This document shows, in pieces, positions 1 to 11,126 of a stretch of DNA of 64,000 nucleotides. This stretch comes from an uncultured delta proteobacterium (GTDB lineage Bacteria > Desulfobacterota > Binatia > Binatales > Binataceae): assembly GCA_963711565.1 (NCBI GenBank), contig CAVQEQ010000001.1, forward strand, positions 416,001-480,000, written 5' to 3'. The notes below the pieces were generated by a model, which was not told the origin of the DNA, did not search any database, and was given only the letters and a program-made list of their open reading frames with translations. The number at the start of each line of letters is the position of its first letter. Position 1 is the stretch's first letter. The translations under genes and the position numbers were made by a program.

Positions 1-1
1 C

Positions 2-598
2 GAAGAGGATTGGGACGCAGTCGTCACCGTCCATCTGAAGGGGTCATTCAACGTCGCCCGCCACGCGGCCGCCTATTGGCGCGAGCAGCACAAGGCCGGC
101 AACGTGCTCAACGGCCGGCTCATCAACACCAGCTCGGACTCGGGCATTTTGGGCAACGCGGGGCAGAGCAACTACGGCTCCGCAAAAGCGGCAGTGGCCG
201 CGATGGCGATAATCGTCGATCGCGAGATGAGCCGCTACGGCGTCACCGCCAATGCGATCGCGCCGGTCGCGCGCACGCGCCTGACCGTCAACGCGACTCC
301 GCAGACCGCCGGCGGCATGGCGCAGAAAGAGGGCCAGTGGGACGCATTCACGCCCGCGCACGTCGCGCCGCTGGTTGCGTGGCTCGGGAGTGACGACGCC
401 AAAGACGTTCACGGCGAAGTGTTCCGCGTCGGCATGGGCAATGTGTGGCTGATGCGCGGATGGCACACGGGCGCCAAGGTTTCGAAGAAGGGCTCGATGT
501 GGAAGCCGGCGGAACTCGGCGCCAAGCTCAAGGAAGAGCTGGCCAAGGGCGTGACCAAGAAAGAGAGCATGGGCGAGGTGATGGGCGGGGGCGTGTAG
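2..598 (+). CDS. SDR family oxidoreductase (5'-truncated by window edge)
   Basis: Frame open from base 2 (EEDWDAVVTVHLKGSF...). Carries INTSS, the catalytic YxxxK (NYGSAK) and VTANAIAP. Confidence 0.9.
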   Translation, partial: EEDWDAVVTVHLKGSFNVARHAAAYWREQHKAGNVLNGRLINTSSDSGILGNAGQSNYGSAKAAVAAMAIIVDREMSRYGVTANAIAPVARTRLTVNATPQTAGGMAQKEGQWDAFTPAHVAPLVAWLGSDDAKDVHGEVFRVGMGNVWLMRGWHTGAKVSKKGSMWKPAELGAKLKEELAKGVTKKESMGEVMGGGV

Positions 599-602
599 AT
601 TT

Positions 603-1124
603 TTGACGGTCGAGAAGAAACCTAAAAGCGCGGCTCCTCGTGAGCCGCGCTTTCGTTCCATCCTGTTCATTTGCGCCGCCAACACCGCGCGCAGCGTGAT
701 GGCCGAGCATATCCTGCGCCGCGAACTCGACGCGCTAGGCTTCGATCACAATATTACGATCACCTCGGCGGGTATCGCGCCGTATGCGCGCGACGGCGCG
801 CTGGTCTCGCTCGACACGCGGATGGCGCTGCGCGAAGTCGGCATCGACATCGGCGACGAAGCAACATCCACCGACCTCAAGCGCCATCCCGAGATGCTCG
901 AGCAAACCGACCTCATCATCGCGATGACCGAGCAGCAGGCGCGCGAACTGGTCGAGCGATTTCCCGGCGCAAAAGAGCGGCCGGTGTTCACGCTGCGTTC
1001 GTTCGCGGGCGAAGCTGGCGATATCGATGACCCCTACGAAAAGGGCGACCTCGTATTCGCCGAATGCCGCGAAGAAATCCATCGGCTCGTCCCGACGATC
1101 ATCGATCGCCTTTTTCATCCCTAG
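603..1124 (+). CDS. Low-molecular-weight protein tyrosine/arginine phosphatase family protein
   Basis: P-loop CAANTARS and DIDDPY general-acid motif. Confidence 0.85.
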   Translation: MTVEKKPKSAAPREPRFRSILFICAANTARSVMAEHILRRELDALGFDHNITITSAGIAPYARDGALVSLDTRMALREVGIDIGDEATSTDLKRHPEMLEQTDLIIAMTEQQARELVERFPGAKERPVFTLRSFAGEAGDIDDPYEKGDLVFAECREEIHRLVPTIIDRLFHP

Positions 1125-1128
1125 TCCG

Positions 1129-1563
1129 ATGACAACGGAATTCCAAAATCCGAGTGATACTGAGATTCGCGCGATTCTATCGAAGCCGGCAACGGTCGCA
1201 GTCATCGGATGCTCCGACAATCCTGCGCGCGACTCACTTAAGATCGCGAAATTGTTAAAGAGCCACGGCTTCAAGGTGATCCCGGTCAATCCCCAGCTCA
1301 ACGCCGACGCGCTCCGCAGCGCCCTCGGAGAGAAGTGCTACCCCGACCTGGCATCGATTCCCGAGCTGGTCGAGATAGTGGACGTATTCCGCCGCTCAGA
1401 GTTCGTCCCGCAAATTGTCGAAGACGCAATCGCAAAAGGCGCGCGCATCCTCTGGTGCCAGCTCGGCGTGATCCACCTCGACGCCGCCCGCCGCGCGCAA
1501 AAGGCCGGGATGACGGTCGTCATGGACCGATGCCCGGCAATCGAATACGCACGCTTGTTCTAG
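1129..1563 (+). CDS. CoA-binding protein (YccU-like)
   Basis: VAVIGCSDNPARDS, VIPVNP, VDVFRRSE, WCQLG, VVMDRC. Start taken as ATG 1129. Confidence 0.88.
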   Translation: MTTEFQNPSDTEIRAILSKPATVAVIGCSDNPARDSLKIAKLLKSHGFKVIPVNPQLNADALRSALGEKCYPDLASIPELVEIVDVFRRSEFVPQIVEDAIAKGARILWCQLGVIHLDAARRAQKAGMTVVMDRCPAIEYARLF

Positions 1564-1574
1564 CGGAGACCCCT

Positions 1575-1901
1575 GTGGCGCGCTGGGAGAGCCGAACCTT
1601 CTTCGTGTACATCATGGGCAGTAAGTTCGGTGTTCTCTATATTGGGGTCACGAACAATTTAGAACGGCGCGTGAAGGAGCATCGCGAAGGACTGATTCCA
1701 GGGTTTACGAAGAAGTATCGCGTGCGGAGGCTCTTATATTTCGAACAGTTCGAGAGAGCGGCAGAGGCAATCGCTCGTGAGAAACAAATCAAGGGATGGA
1801 AGCGGGCAAGGAAGCTCGATCTGATTCATACGATGAATCTTGAGATGGCAGATCTTGGCGCGCGCAGGAGCACGCGAGATTCTTCGCCGCGCTCAGAATG
1901 A
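1575..1901 (+). CDS. Small stand-alone GIY-YIG nuclease family protein
   Basis: FFVYIM...LYIGVTNNLERRVKEH...FTKKY...AIAREKQIKGWKRARKLDLI. GTG 1575 is preceded by GGAG. The stop codon lies inside a family A repeat. Confidence 0.88.
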   Translation: MARWESRTFFVYIMGSKFGVLYIGVTNNLERRVKEHREGLIPGFTKKYRVRRLLYFEQFERAAEAIAREKQIKGWKRARKLDLIHTMNLEMADLGARRSTRDSSPRSE

Positions 1902-1988
1902 CGGAAGTTATGATGTTCTGCGCACTTTCTTTTGTCCGTCTTTTTTTCATCCGTCATCCTGAGCGCAGTCTGCGCAGCGAAGGATCTC
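1876..1988. repeat. Palindromic repeat family A, inverted pair at the 3' end of the GIY-YIG gene
   Basis: GAGATTCTTCGCCGCGCTCAGAATGAC (1876-1902) and GTCATCCTGAGCGCAGTCTGCGCAGCGAAGGATCTC (1953-1988) in opposite orientations. Confidence 0.85.
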
Positions 1989-2022
1989 GTCCGCCGCGAA
2001 GCGGTGGCACCATATTCTCCCG

Positions 2023-2589
2023 ATGAAGCCGCGCAAGTGGAAGACGCTCAGGAGCAACGTCGCGTACAGCACGCCGATCTTCGATTTGCATCGACGCCAC
2101 TCGACGCATCCGCGGCGCGGCGAGCGCGACTTCTTCATTCTCGAAGCGCCCAACTGGGTGAATATCATTCCGCTCGCGAAGAACGGCGATGTGGTGATGA
2201 TTCGTTTATGGCGTCACGGCATCTCCGACTTCACGCTCGAGGTGCCGGGCGGAATGGTCGATCCCGAGGATCCGTCGCCGATGCACGCGGCGCGCCGCGA
2301 GATGATCGAAGAGATCGGCTTCGATTCCGACGCGATCGTCGAACTCGGCAAGGTGCATCCGAATCCTGCAATCCAGGGCAACATCTGTTTTTCGTTCCTC
2401 GCCGAGAATGTGCGACACGTCGAAAGGGCGGTCTCGCCCGGCGACGAAGAGACCGAAGTCGTGCTAGTCCCGATGCGCGAAATCCGCGGCCTGATCGCGT
2501 CGGGGAAAATCATGCACGCGCTGACGATCGCCGCATTTTCGTTCCTGCACGTGTACAACCCGCCGCCGAAGCGTAAGCGCAAAAAGTAA
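2023..2589 (+). CDS. NUDIX hydrolase (ADP-ribose pyrophosphatase-like)
   Basis: Nudix box GGMVDPEDPSPMHAARREMIEEIG. Confidence 0.9.
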   Translation: MKPRKWKTLRSNVAYSTPIFDLHRRHSTHPRRGERDFFILEAPNWVNIIPLAKNGDVVMIRLWRHGISDFTLEVPGGMVDPEDPSPMHAARREMIEEIGFDSDAIVELGKVHPNPAIQGNICFSFLAENVRHVERAVSPGDEETEVVLVPMREIRGLIASGKIMHALTIAAFSFLHVYNPPPKRKRKK

Positions 2590-2845
2590 AAGATCCTTGC
2601 AAGAAAATTCGATGCGCGCGTTCAAAGAGTCGAGAGGGACGACTCGATGGACGCATTCAGCTCCAAGCTCAAGCGCTGGACCGGCTCATTTGGCGACCGC
2701 CGCCTGTTCCAGATCTAACGGGATGGAACCTCGAAGACGTAATCAAGAAGACCGGGCTGCCGCCCGACTCCCAGCCAAAGCCGCGATGGCAAGGCATCTG
2801 GGGCTCGTGGCGCGCTGGTCGCGACGGTACGCGCGAGGTTGTCTT

Positions 2846-2951
2846 GTTTTCAGTGGGGCGGGCCGCCGTGCCCGCCATCGACGCGCCGGGGCTCGGTGCG
2901 GGCCGCGACCTTGAGCAGAGGGCGGGCACGGCGGCCCGCCCCACTGAAAAC
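2846..2951. repeat. REP-doublet (REPIN-like) element, family C
   Basis: Perfect 31-bp inverted repeat GTTTTCAGTGGGGCGGGCCGCCGTGCCCGCC (2846-2876 and 2921-2951). Each arm has an internal GGCGGGC/GCCCGCC hairpin after a GTGG tetranucleotide. Confidence 0.85.
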
Positions 2952-3029
2952 CACAAGCTCCTAACTATAGTAGGGATAATCTGTGGCTCGTCTGCGCTTA
3001 GGATTTGACTGGCCTGCGCGCAGATAGCT

Positions 3030-3227
3030 TCACCGCTTGTCGAGGATCCTGATCAACTTCTCCGTATACGCGACCAGATCGCGGCAATTCGAGCACTTGA
3101 TGCTCTGAACTCCGTTCTCCTCGATGTAAACGAGCATCGTTTTCCCGCCGCATTTGGCACAAGTCAAAACGTCATCCGCAGGATCGATCTGATTTCGCCT
3201 TATCCATCGAATGAACCGATTCCTCAC
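3030..3227 (-). CDS. Small zinc-ribbon protein
   Basis: 65 aa with CAKC...CSNC. AGGAGG Shine-Dalgarno upstream of the GTG start. Confidence 0.7.
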   Translation of the reverse strand: MRNRFIRWIRRNQIDPADDVLTCAKCGGKTMLVYIEENGVQSIKCSNCRDLVAYTEKLIRILDKR

Positions 3228-3287
3228 GAAGTCCTCCTGTTCGTCGCCGCTTCCGCGATGCCATCAGTCTAATGTAATACCGAGCGC

Positions 3288-3593
3288 ATGAGGCTCCGCC
3301 ACGCCGACGCGCTCGTGCTTGTGGGCTGGTATCTACTGATGCCGCCGTGGATCGGTCCCACATTGGACTTAAGGACGCCGCTATCAAAATGGGTGAATCA
3401 AGGCTCATTCGACTCGGACGAACAATGTGAAAATGCGAGGGCTGATCTCATAAACGGCTTCAAAGGCGATCTCGACACGGCGGAAGGCAAAGCACCAGAC
3501 TCCGAAGATGTGGCGATGTTGCAAATGGCCGACGAAGTGGAAGAGGAGTCAGAGTGCGTCGCGACTGACGATCCGCGTCTCAAACCGAAATAA
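3288..3593 (+). CDS. Hypothetical small exported protein (GWYLLMPP...CVATDDPRLK)
   Basis: Hydrophobic N-terminus, two Cys, acidic core. No function assignable. Confidence 0.7.
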   Translation: MRLRHADALVLVGWYLLMPPWIGPTLDLRTPLSKWVNQGSFDSDEQCENARADLINGFKGDLDTAEGKAPDSEDVAMLQMADEVEEESECVATDDPRLKPK

Positions 3594-3659
3594 GAGATTC
3601 TCATCTTCAAACTCAGCCGCCCAGAGACCGAGCTGAGGCAGCACCCGGCCGCCGCCGCA

Positions 3660-3688
3660 TTGACAGCCGCCGAAGCGTGCCCTAGCCT
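3660..3688 (+). promoter_or_regulatory. Putative sigma70 promoter of ffh
   Basis: TTGACA-17 bp-TAGCCT, 80 bp upstream of the ffh ATG. Confidence 0.5.
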
Positions 3689-3768
3689 TGACGGTTTGCT
3701 ATATTATTTTACTCACCAGCTTGGGCCGGAGCTTGTTACCTCGACCCGCCGCAACCGAGTTTTTACCC

Positions 3769-5109
<1,341 letters not shown>

Positions 5110-5129
5110 AATAGTAACAGGAGAATCGC

Positions 5130-5384
5130 ATGGGACTTGTAATCCGGCTGCGCCGCCATGGAGCGCGCAAGAAACCTTTTTACCGCATCGTGGTGGCTGA
5201 CTCGCGATCGCCGCGCGACGGGCGCTTCGTCGCCCAGGTCGGGACCTATGATCCCGCGTTCGATCCGCCGCGCGTCACGATCAAAAAGGACGTCGCGGAC
5301 CAATGGCTCAAGGCGGGGGCGAAGCCAAGCGACACGGTAAGGAAGTTAATCAAACGGGCCGAAACAGCAACGGTCTCCGCCTGA
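5130..5384 (+). CDS. rpsP: 30S ribosomal protein S16
   Basis: [27 protein letters not shown]. Confidence 0.98.
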   Translation: MGLVIRLRRHGARKKPFYRIVVADSRSPRDGRFVAQVGTYDPAFDPPRVTIKKDVADQWLKAGAKPSDTVRKLIKRAETATVSA

Positions 5385-5411
5385 TGCGACCCGCTGCAAC
5401 GGAGCCATCCT

Positions 5412-5648
5412 ATGAAGGAGCTCGTTCAGTTTCTCGCGCAACAACTGGTAAACGACCCTAGCGCGGTGGACGTGAAGGAGACGCAGGGCGATACCGCCTC
5501 GGTGCTCGAGCTGCGCGTGGCGAAGGAAGATTTGGGCCGCGTGATCGGCAAGCAGGGGCGGACCGCGAAGTCGATCCGCACGATCCTGAACGCGGTCGCC
5601 TCACGCACCAATCGCAAGGTCGTGCTCGAGATCGTCGAGGACCGGTGA
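5412..5648 (+). CDS. khpA: KH-domain RNA-binding protein
   Basis: DLGRVIGKQGRTAKSIR, in the usual position between rpsP and rimM. Confidence 0.95.
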   Translation: MKELVQFLAQQLVNDPSAVDVKETQGDTASVLELRVAKEDLGRVIGKQGRTAKSIRTILNAVASRTNRKVVLEIVEDR

Positions 5649-5697
5649 CCGCACCAGTCGTTGCGATATCTTTCGTGAAGCTGGTCGTACCGGCACG

Positions 5698-6213
5698 GTG
5701 ATGCCGGGATCGACGCTGCACGTCGGCCGCATCACCGGCGCCCACGGGCTGAAGGGCGCTCTCCGATTCCGGCCCGACAATCCCGACTCCGACACATTGG
5801 AACAGGTCAAGCGTGTTTTCCTCGAACGCGACGGCGCATCGCGCGAGTTCCGGCTGACCACGATAACGCCGCTCAACGCGAGAACGTGGCGAATCACGCT
5901 CGAGGGCGTCGCGGACATCGACGCGGCCGAGGCGCTCAAGGGCGCGGTCGTCATGCTCGCGGCGGAGGACGTGCCGCCAGCGAAGCCGGGCGAGTTCTAC
6001 TACTACGAAGCGATCGGGTGCCAGGTATTTCTGACCGACGGCAGCCGCCTCGGCGCGATCGAAGAAGTCTTCTCGAACGGCGCGCAAGACATCTGGGTCG
6101 TGCGCGACGGCGAGCGCGAAGTGCTGGTCCCGGTGATCGAAGACGTCGTCAAAACGATGGACCTCGCGGGACGGCGCGTCACGATCGAGCCGATTCCCGG
6201 CCTGCTCGACTGA
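5698..6213 (+). CDS. rimM: Ribosome maturation factor RimM
   Basis: VGRITGAHGLKG, GEFYYYEAIG, NGAQDIWV, plus operon context. Confidence 0.95.
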   Translation: MMPGSTLHVGRITGAHGLKGALRFRPDNPDSDTLEQVKRVFLERDGASREFRLTTITPLNARTWRITLEGVADIDAAEALKGAVVMLAAEDVPPAKPGEFYYYEAIGCQVFLTDGSRLGAIEEVFSNGAQDIWVVRDGEREVLVPVIEDVVKTMDLAGRRVTIEPIPGLLD

Positions 6214-6248
6214 GCATCCGGCAGCCGGATAGATTTAGATTCGTCGCG

Positions 6249-6935
6249 ATGGAATTTCACGTAATCACACTGTTCCCCGAGATGTTCGAGTCGCCGTTTC
6301 GCGGCGGCATGATCGGACGCGCCGTCGAGCAGGGACTGATTGCGATCAAGGCACATCCGCTGCGCGAGCATGGCCTCGGCAACTATCGGCAAGTCGATGA
6401 CGCACCGTACGGCGGCGGCAGCGGAATGGTGATGCGGCCCGAGCCGATTGCCGCCGCGATCGACGCAGTGAATGCGGAGCGGCCGGGTCTGTGGCGCATC
6501 CTGATGACGCCGCAGGGCGAAGTGTTCGACAACTCGATGGCGCGCGACCTCGCCAAGCGCGCGCCCGGCTTGATGATCGTCGCGGGGCGCTACGAAGGAA
6601 TCGACGAGCGCGTGCGCACGCTGGTCGACCAGGAAATTTCCATCGGCGACTACGTGCTAAGTGGCGGCGAAATCCCGGCGATGGCGGTGATCGAGGCAGT
6701 CGGCAGGATGATACCGGGCGTGCTCGGCAATCCCGAATCGCTCGACGAGGAATCGTTCGCGGCGGGGATGCTTGAGTATCCGCAATACACGCGGCCGGAG
6801 GAGTTTCGCGGGATGACGGTGCCTGAAATCCTGCTCAGCGGCGACCACGCCAAGATTCGCGCGTGGCGCGAGGCCGAAGCGAAACGGCGCACGGCGCGGC
6901 GGCGCCCCGATCTGTTGGAGCGGCGCAAGTTCTGA
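6249..6935 (+). CDS. trmD: tRNA (guanine-N1)-methyltransferase
   Basis: VDDAPYGGGSGMVM, GRYEGIDER, SIGDYVLSGGE, LEYPQYTRP. Confidence 0.97.
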   Translation: MEFHVITLFPEMFESPFRGGMIGRAVEQGLIAIKAHPLREHGLGNYRQVDDAPYGGGSGMVMRPEPIAAAIDAVNAERPGLWRILMTPQGEVFDNSMARDLAKRAPGLMIVAGRYEGIDERVRTLVDQEISIGDYVLSGGEIPAMAVIEAVGRMIPGVLGNPESLDEESFAAGMLEYPQYTRPEEFRGMTVPEILLSGDHAKIRAWREAEAKRRTARRRPDLLERRKF

Positions 6936-6937
6936 GC

Positions 6938-7495
6938 GTGTCCGATTTATTCGTAGCGCTGATTCATCATCCGGTCGTCAATCGGAACGCCGAGACCGTC
7001 ACGTCGGCGATCACCAGCCTCGACATTCACGACATCGCGCGCGCGTCGCGAACCTACGACGTTCGCGGCGTGTTCATCGTTCATCCGATTCCCGAGCAGC
7101 GGAAATTCGCGGCGAGCGTGATCGATCATTGGCGCTTCGACTTCGGCCGCGCGCACGATTCGCGCCGTCGCGAGGCGCTCGAGCGCGTGCAAATTGTCGC
7201 GGAGCTCGACGACGCGATCGCGGAGGCATCGCGAATCTCCGGCGCCCGCCCGCTAATCGTGCATACGTCGGCTCGCACAGAAGGCGGCACCAGTTACGCC
7301 GATTTGCGCGCGCGGCTGGATACTCTCGACGCGCCGCCGATGATGATCCTGTTCGGAACAGGATTTGGAATGTCGCCCGAGGTGGCAGCGCGCGCCGACA
7401 TCGTACTCGCGCCAATCGTAGGTCCCGGCGATTACAATCACCTGTCAGTGCGCTCCGCTGCTGGAATTATTTTAGATCGTCTCCGCGGCAAGTGA
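6938..7495 (+). CDS. SPOUT-type RNA methyltransferase of the family usually adjacent or fused to trmD
   Basis: ALIHHPV...DIHDIARASRTY...LFGTGFG...YNHLSVRSAAGIILDRL. Confidence 0.88.
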   Translation: MSDLFVALIHHPVVNRNAETVTSAITSLDIHDIARASRTYDVRGVFIVHPIPEQRKFAASVIDHWRFDFGRAHDSRRREALERVQIVAELDDAIAEASRISGARPLIVHTSARTEGGTSYADLRARLDTLDAPPMMILFGTGFGMSPEVAARADIVLAPIVGPGDYNHLSVRSAAGIILDRLRGK

Positions 7496-7515
7496 TCCTC
7501 TGTCGCCCCATTTTT

Positions 7516-7695
7516 GTGTCATTCAGAGCCGCTGCGGCGAAGAATCCCGGACTCGCCGGTCCGAGGAGCGTTCGAGACTCGGACCTTGGCACAGCCTCTC
7601 CGAAACGTGTCCAAGCGCCGCCGAGGTCCGTGGATCGAATGAATCTCGGCATTCGCGCGTCCGAGATTCTTCGCCGCGGCGGCTCTGAATGACAC
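7516..7695. mobile_element. 180-bp MITE-like element bounded by family A repeats
   Basis: 36-bp inverted arms at 7516-7551 and 7660-7695 with 2 mismatches. Nested inner pair CGGACCTTGGC/GCCGAGGTCCG. Mobility is inferred. Confidence 0.7.
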
Positions 7696-7726
7696 GGGAG
7701 ATGCGAAGCTGGATTGTCTCGATGGA

Positions 7727-8281
7727 TCAGGCCGCGGGTAGCGCGCGCAGCTTCTCCACGAAGCGTCGCATATGCGGGTCGGACCGCTCGAACGGAATCT
7801 CATCGAAGCTGAACCATCGCACGCTGTGAAACTCGCCGCGATCGAATTCAATCACCCGCGTGCTGTCGCCGCGGAGCAAATACCAGAGCGATACATCGGT
7901 ATGCGTACCATGGCCCGCGGTCAGCGTTGCCGTGATGAACAAGGGATCGGGACGCACGAAATCCGCCGCGAGGTTCAGCTCTTCCACTAGCTCTCTATCC
8001 ACGGTTGCACGCGGATGCTCATCGGGCTCGACGTGGCCGCCGCTCGGCAGCCACAATCCTGCGAGCTTGTGATCGACGAGCAAGAGCTTCCCGCGATCTT
8101 CATCGACGAGAGCGAAGTAACTCACCAGATGCTTGGGCGGGATGTCCGGCTTCTGAATCCGGAAGATAGGCGCACCCGAACGAATCCATTCGAGCGTCGA
8201 GGCGCGATGCGCCCGCTCGAGCTCGTCGAGCGGCTCAATTGCCTCAACTATTTCGGCGATTTTATCGCGCACGGAATGCAC
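7727..8281 (-). CDS. NUDIX hydrolase
   Basis: HLVSYF...WLPSGGHVEPDEHPRATVDRELVEEL. Start codon uncertain (8272-8326). Confidence 0.85.
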   Translation of the reverse strand: MHSVRDKIAEIVEAIEPLDELERAHRASTLEWIRSGAPIFRIQKPDIPPKHLVSYFALVDEDRGKLLLVDHKLAGLWLPSGGHVEPDEHPRATVDRELVEELNLAADFVRPDPLFITATLTAGHGTHTDVSLWYLLRGDSTRVIEFDRGEFHSVRWFSFDEIPFERSDPHMRRFVEKLRALPAA

Positions 8282-8383
8282 AACCCGCGAGAATACCGCC
8301 CCTGAAATCTGCGCACCACCACCCATTGAGTGCGCGCGCGCATTTGGGTAGGTTTAGGGGCTCGACTCGAGGTCTTTCTTCCC

Positions 8384-8728
8384 ATGAATACCGTTATCCA
8401 GAAGCTCGAAGAGCGGGGCCTGCGCAAGGACCTGCCCGAATTCCGCGTCGGCGACTCGGTTCGCGTTCACGTCAAGGTCGTCGAAGGCGAGAAGGAGCGC
8501 ATCCAGTCCTTCGAAGGCATCGTGATCAAGATCAACCGGGGCGCCAGCCGCGCGACATTTACCGTCCGCAAGATTTCCTACGGCGTCGGCGTCGAGCGAA
8601 TCTTCCCGATGCATTCGCCGCGAATCGACCGCATGCAGGTTCTGACGCGCAATCGCGTGCGCCGCGCGCGCCTGTACTATCTGCGCAATCTGTCGGGCAA
8701 AGCGGCGCGCCTCAACGTCGCGACCTGA
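8384..8728 (+). CDS. rplS: 50S ribosomal protein L19
   Basis: [10 protein letters not shown]...KERIQSFEG...GVGVERIFP...RRARLYYLR. Confidence 0.98.
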   Translation: MNTVIQKLEERGLRKDLPEFRVGDSVRVHVKVVEGEKERIQSFEGIVIKINRGASRATFTVRKISYGVGVERIFPMHSPRIDRMQVLTRNRVRRARLYYLRNLSGKAARLNVAT

Positions 8729-8744
8729 GCGCCGGCCTTCCCGA

Positions 8745-9143
8745 TCAGCGGTCGTTGGACGCGGTCTTCTCGTCGGAGAATCGCGTCATGCGTATGTTGC
8801 CGTCCAGGTAGGCGCCTTCGGATATCGTCAGGTTGCGCGTCTCGATATTTCCGAAAACTTTGGCGCGCGGGCCGAGCACCACGCGATCGCATCCGACCAG
8901 GTCTCCACGCAGCTCACCCATTATCAGCAGCCGCGGCGCGAAGACTTTGCCCTCGATCATTCCCTCTTCGCCGACCACGACCAGCTCGACCGAGCGCACC
9001 TCGCCGCGGAAACGGCCCTCGATTCTCACCGGTTCGTGAAAGATCAGTTTGCCCGACACGTTGACGTTGCGGCCGACCGCGACGCGCGTCCGCGCCTCCG
9101 CCCATGCCGCTCCTGCATCCTGCGGTATCTGTGTTGATTCCAT
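8745..9143 (-). CDS. Bactofilin (polymer-forming cytoskeletal protein)
   Basis: VRIEGRFRGEV...GEEGMIEGKV...KVFGNIETRNLTISEGAYLDGNIRM beta-helix pattern. Confidence 0.88.
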   Translation of the reverse strand: MESTQIPQDAGAAWAEARTRVAVGRNVNVSGKLIFHEPVRIEGRFRGEVRSVELVVVGEEGMIEGKVFAPRLLIMGELRGDLVGCDRVVLGPRAKVFGNIETRNLTISEGAYLDGNIRMTRFSDEKTASNDR

Positions 9144-9146
9144 ACA

Positions 9147-10143
9147 TCACGGGGCCGGAAAAACGTGACAAGCCACCGCGTGGCCGCCGCGCCCCGGTTC
9201 CAATTTGGGTTCGACGTTACTGCACACATCTTTCGCATAAGGGCATCTTGGATGGAAGGCGCAGCCGGGCGGCGGGTTCATCGGACTCGGCATTTCGCCG
9301 GGCAGCTTGACGCGCTCGGGCTTGTGCGCGGCATCGATCGTCGGAATCGCGGAGAGCAGCGCGCGCGTGTAAGGATGCCGCGGGTTCAGGTAAATCTCGT
9401 CGCGCGACGCGATTTCGACAATCTTGCCGAGATACATGATCGCCACGCGATTGCTGATGTGTTCGACCACGCGCAAGTCGTGCGCGATGAACAGGTAAGT
9501 GAGTTTCAGCTTCTCCTGCAGGTCCTGCAGCAGGTTGATAATCTGCGCCTGGATCGAAACGTCGAGCGCTGAGACCGGCTCGTCGAGCACCAGGAAGCGC
9601 GGATTCACCGCGAGCGCCCGCGCAATACCGATTCGCTGGCGCTGCCCGCCCGAAAATTCGTGCGGCAGGCGATCCATCGCGTCGGCGCTCATCCCGACCA
9701 TCGCGAGCAGCTCGACGATTCGCTCTTCCTTTTCGCGGCCGTGCGCGAGTTTGTGAATCTCGATCCCTTCGCCGACGATCGATCGCACGCGCATCCGCGG
9801 ATTCAACGACGCGTACGGGTCCTGGAACACGAGCTGCATCTGCTGGCGCAGCGAGCGGAGTTCCGCGCGCCCGATCGTCGCGAGATCGCGGCCGTCGAAA
9901 TACACGGCACCTTCGGTCGGCTCGAGCAGCTTCAGAATCAGCCGCCCCAGCGTCGATTTGCCGGAGCCCGACTCGCCGACCAGTCCCAGTGTCTCGCCGG
10001 GCTGAATTTCCAGGTTGACGCCGGCGACCGCTTTTATCGACAGCGCTTTTCCGCCGATGATTCCCGTCGATCCCGCGGGGAACTCCTTGCTGAGATGCTC
10101 GACACGAACCAGCGGCGCGCCGGACGCGGTGGTCGAGATCGGA

Positions 10144-10166
<23 letters not shown>
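9147..10166 (-). CDS. Oligopeptide ABC transporter ATPase (OppF/DppF-like)
   Basis: GESGSGKST, FSGGQRQR, DEPVSALD, CAFHPRCP tail. Start at 10166 or 10190. Confidence 0.93.
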
Positions 10167-11106
<940 letters not shown>

Positions 11107-11126
11107 GTGAGGTTCAGAGTATCAGA

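Noticed and set aside
2560-2589. NLS-like tail PPPKRKRKK on the NUDIX protein
   Set aside because: Basic tails are common and there is no secretion evidence.
2962-2980. TAACTATA and TAGGGATAA resemble the starts of I-CeuI and I-SceI sites
   Set aside because: Only 8-9 bp match long recognition sites, which is consistent with chance.
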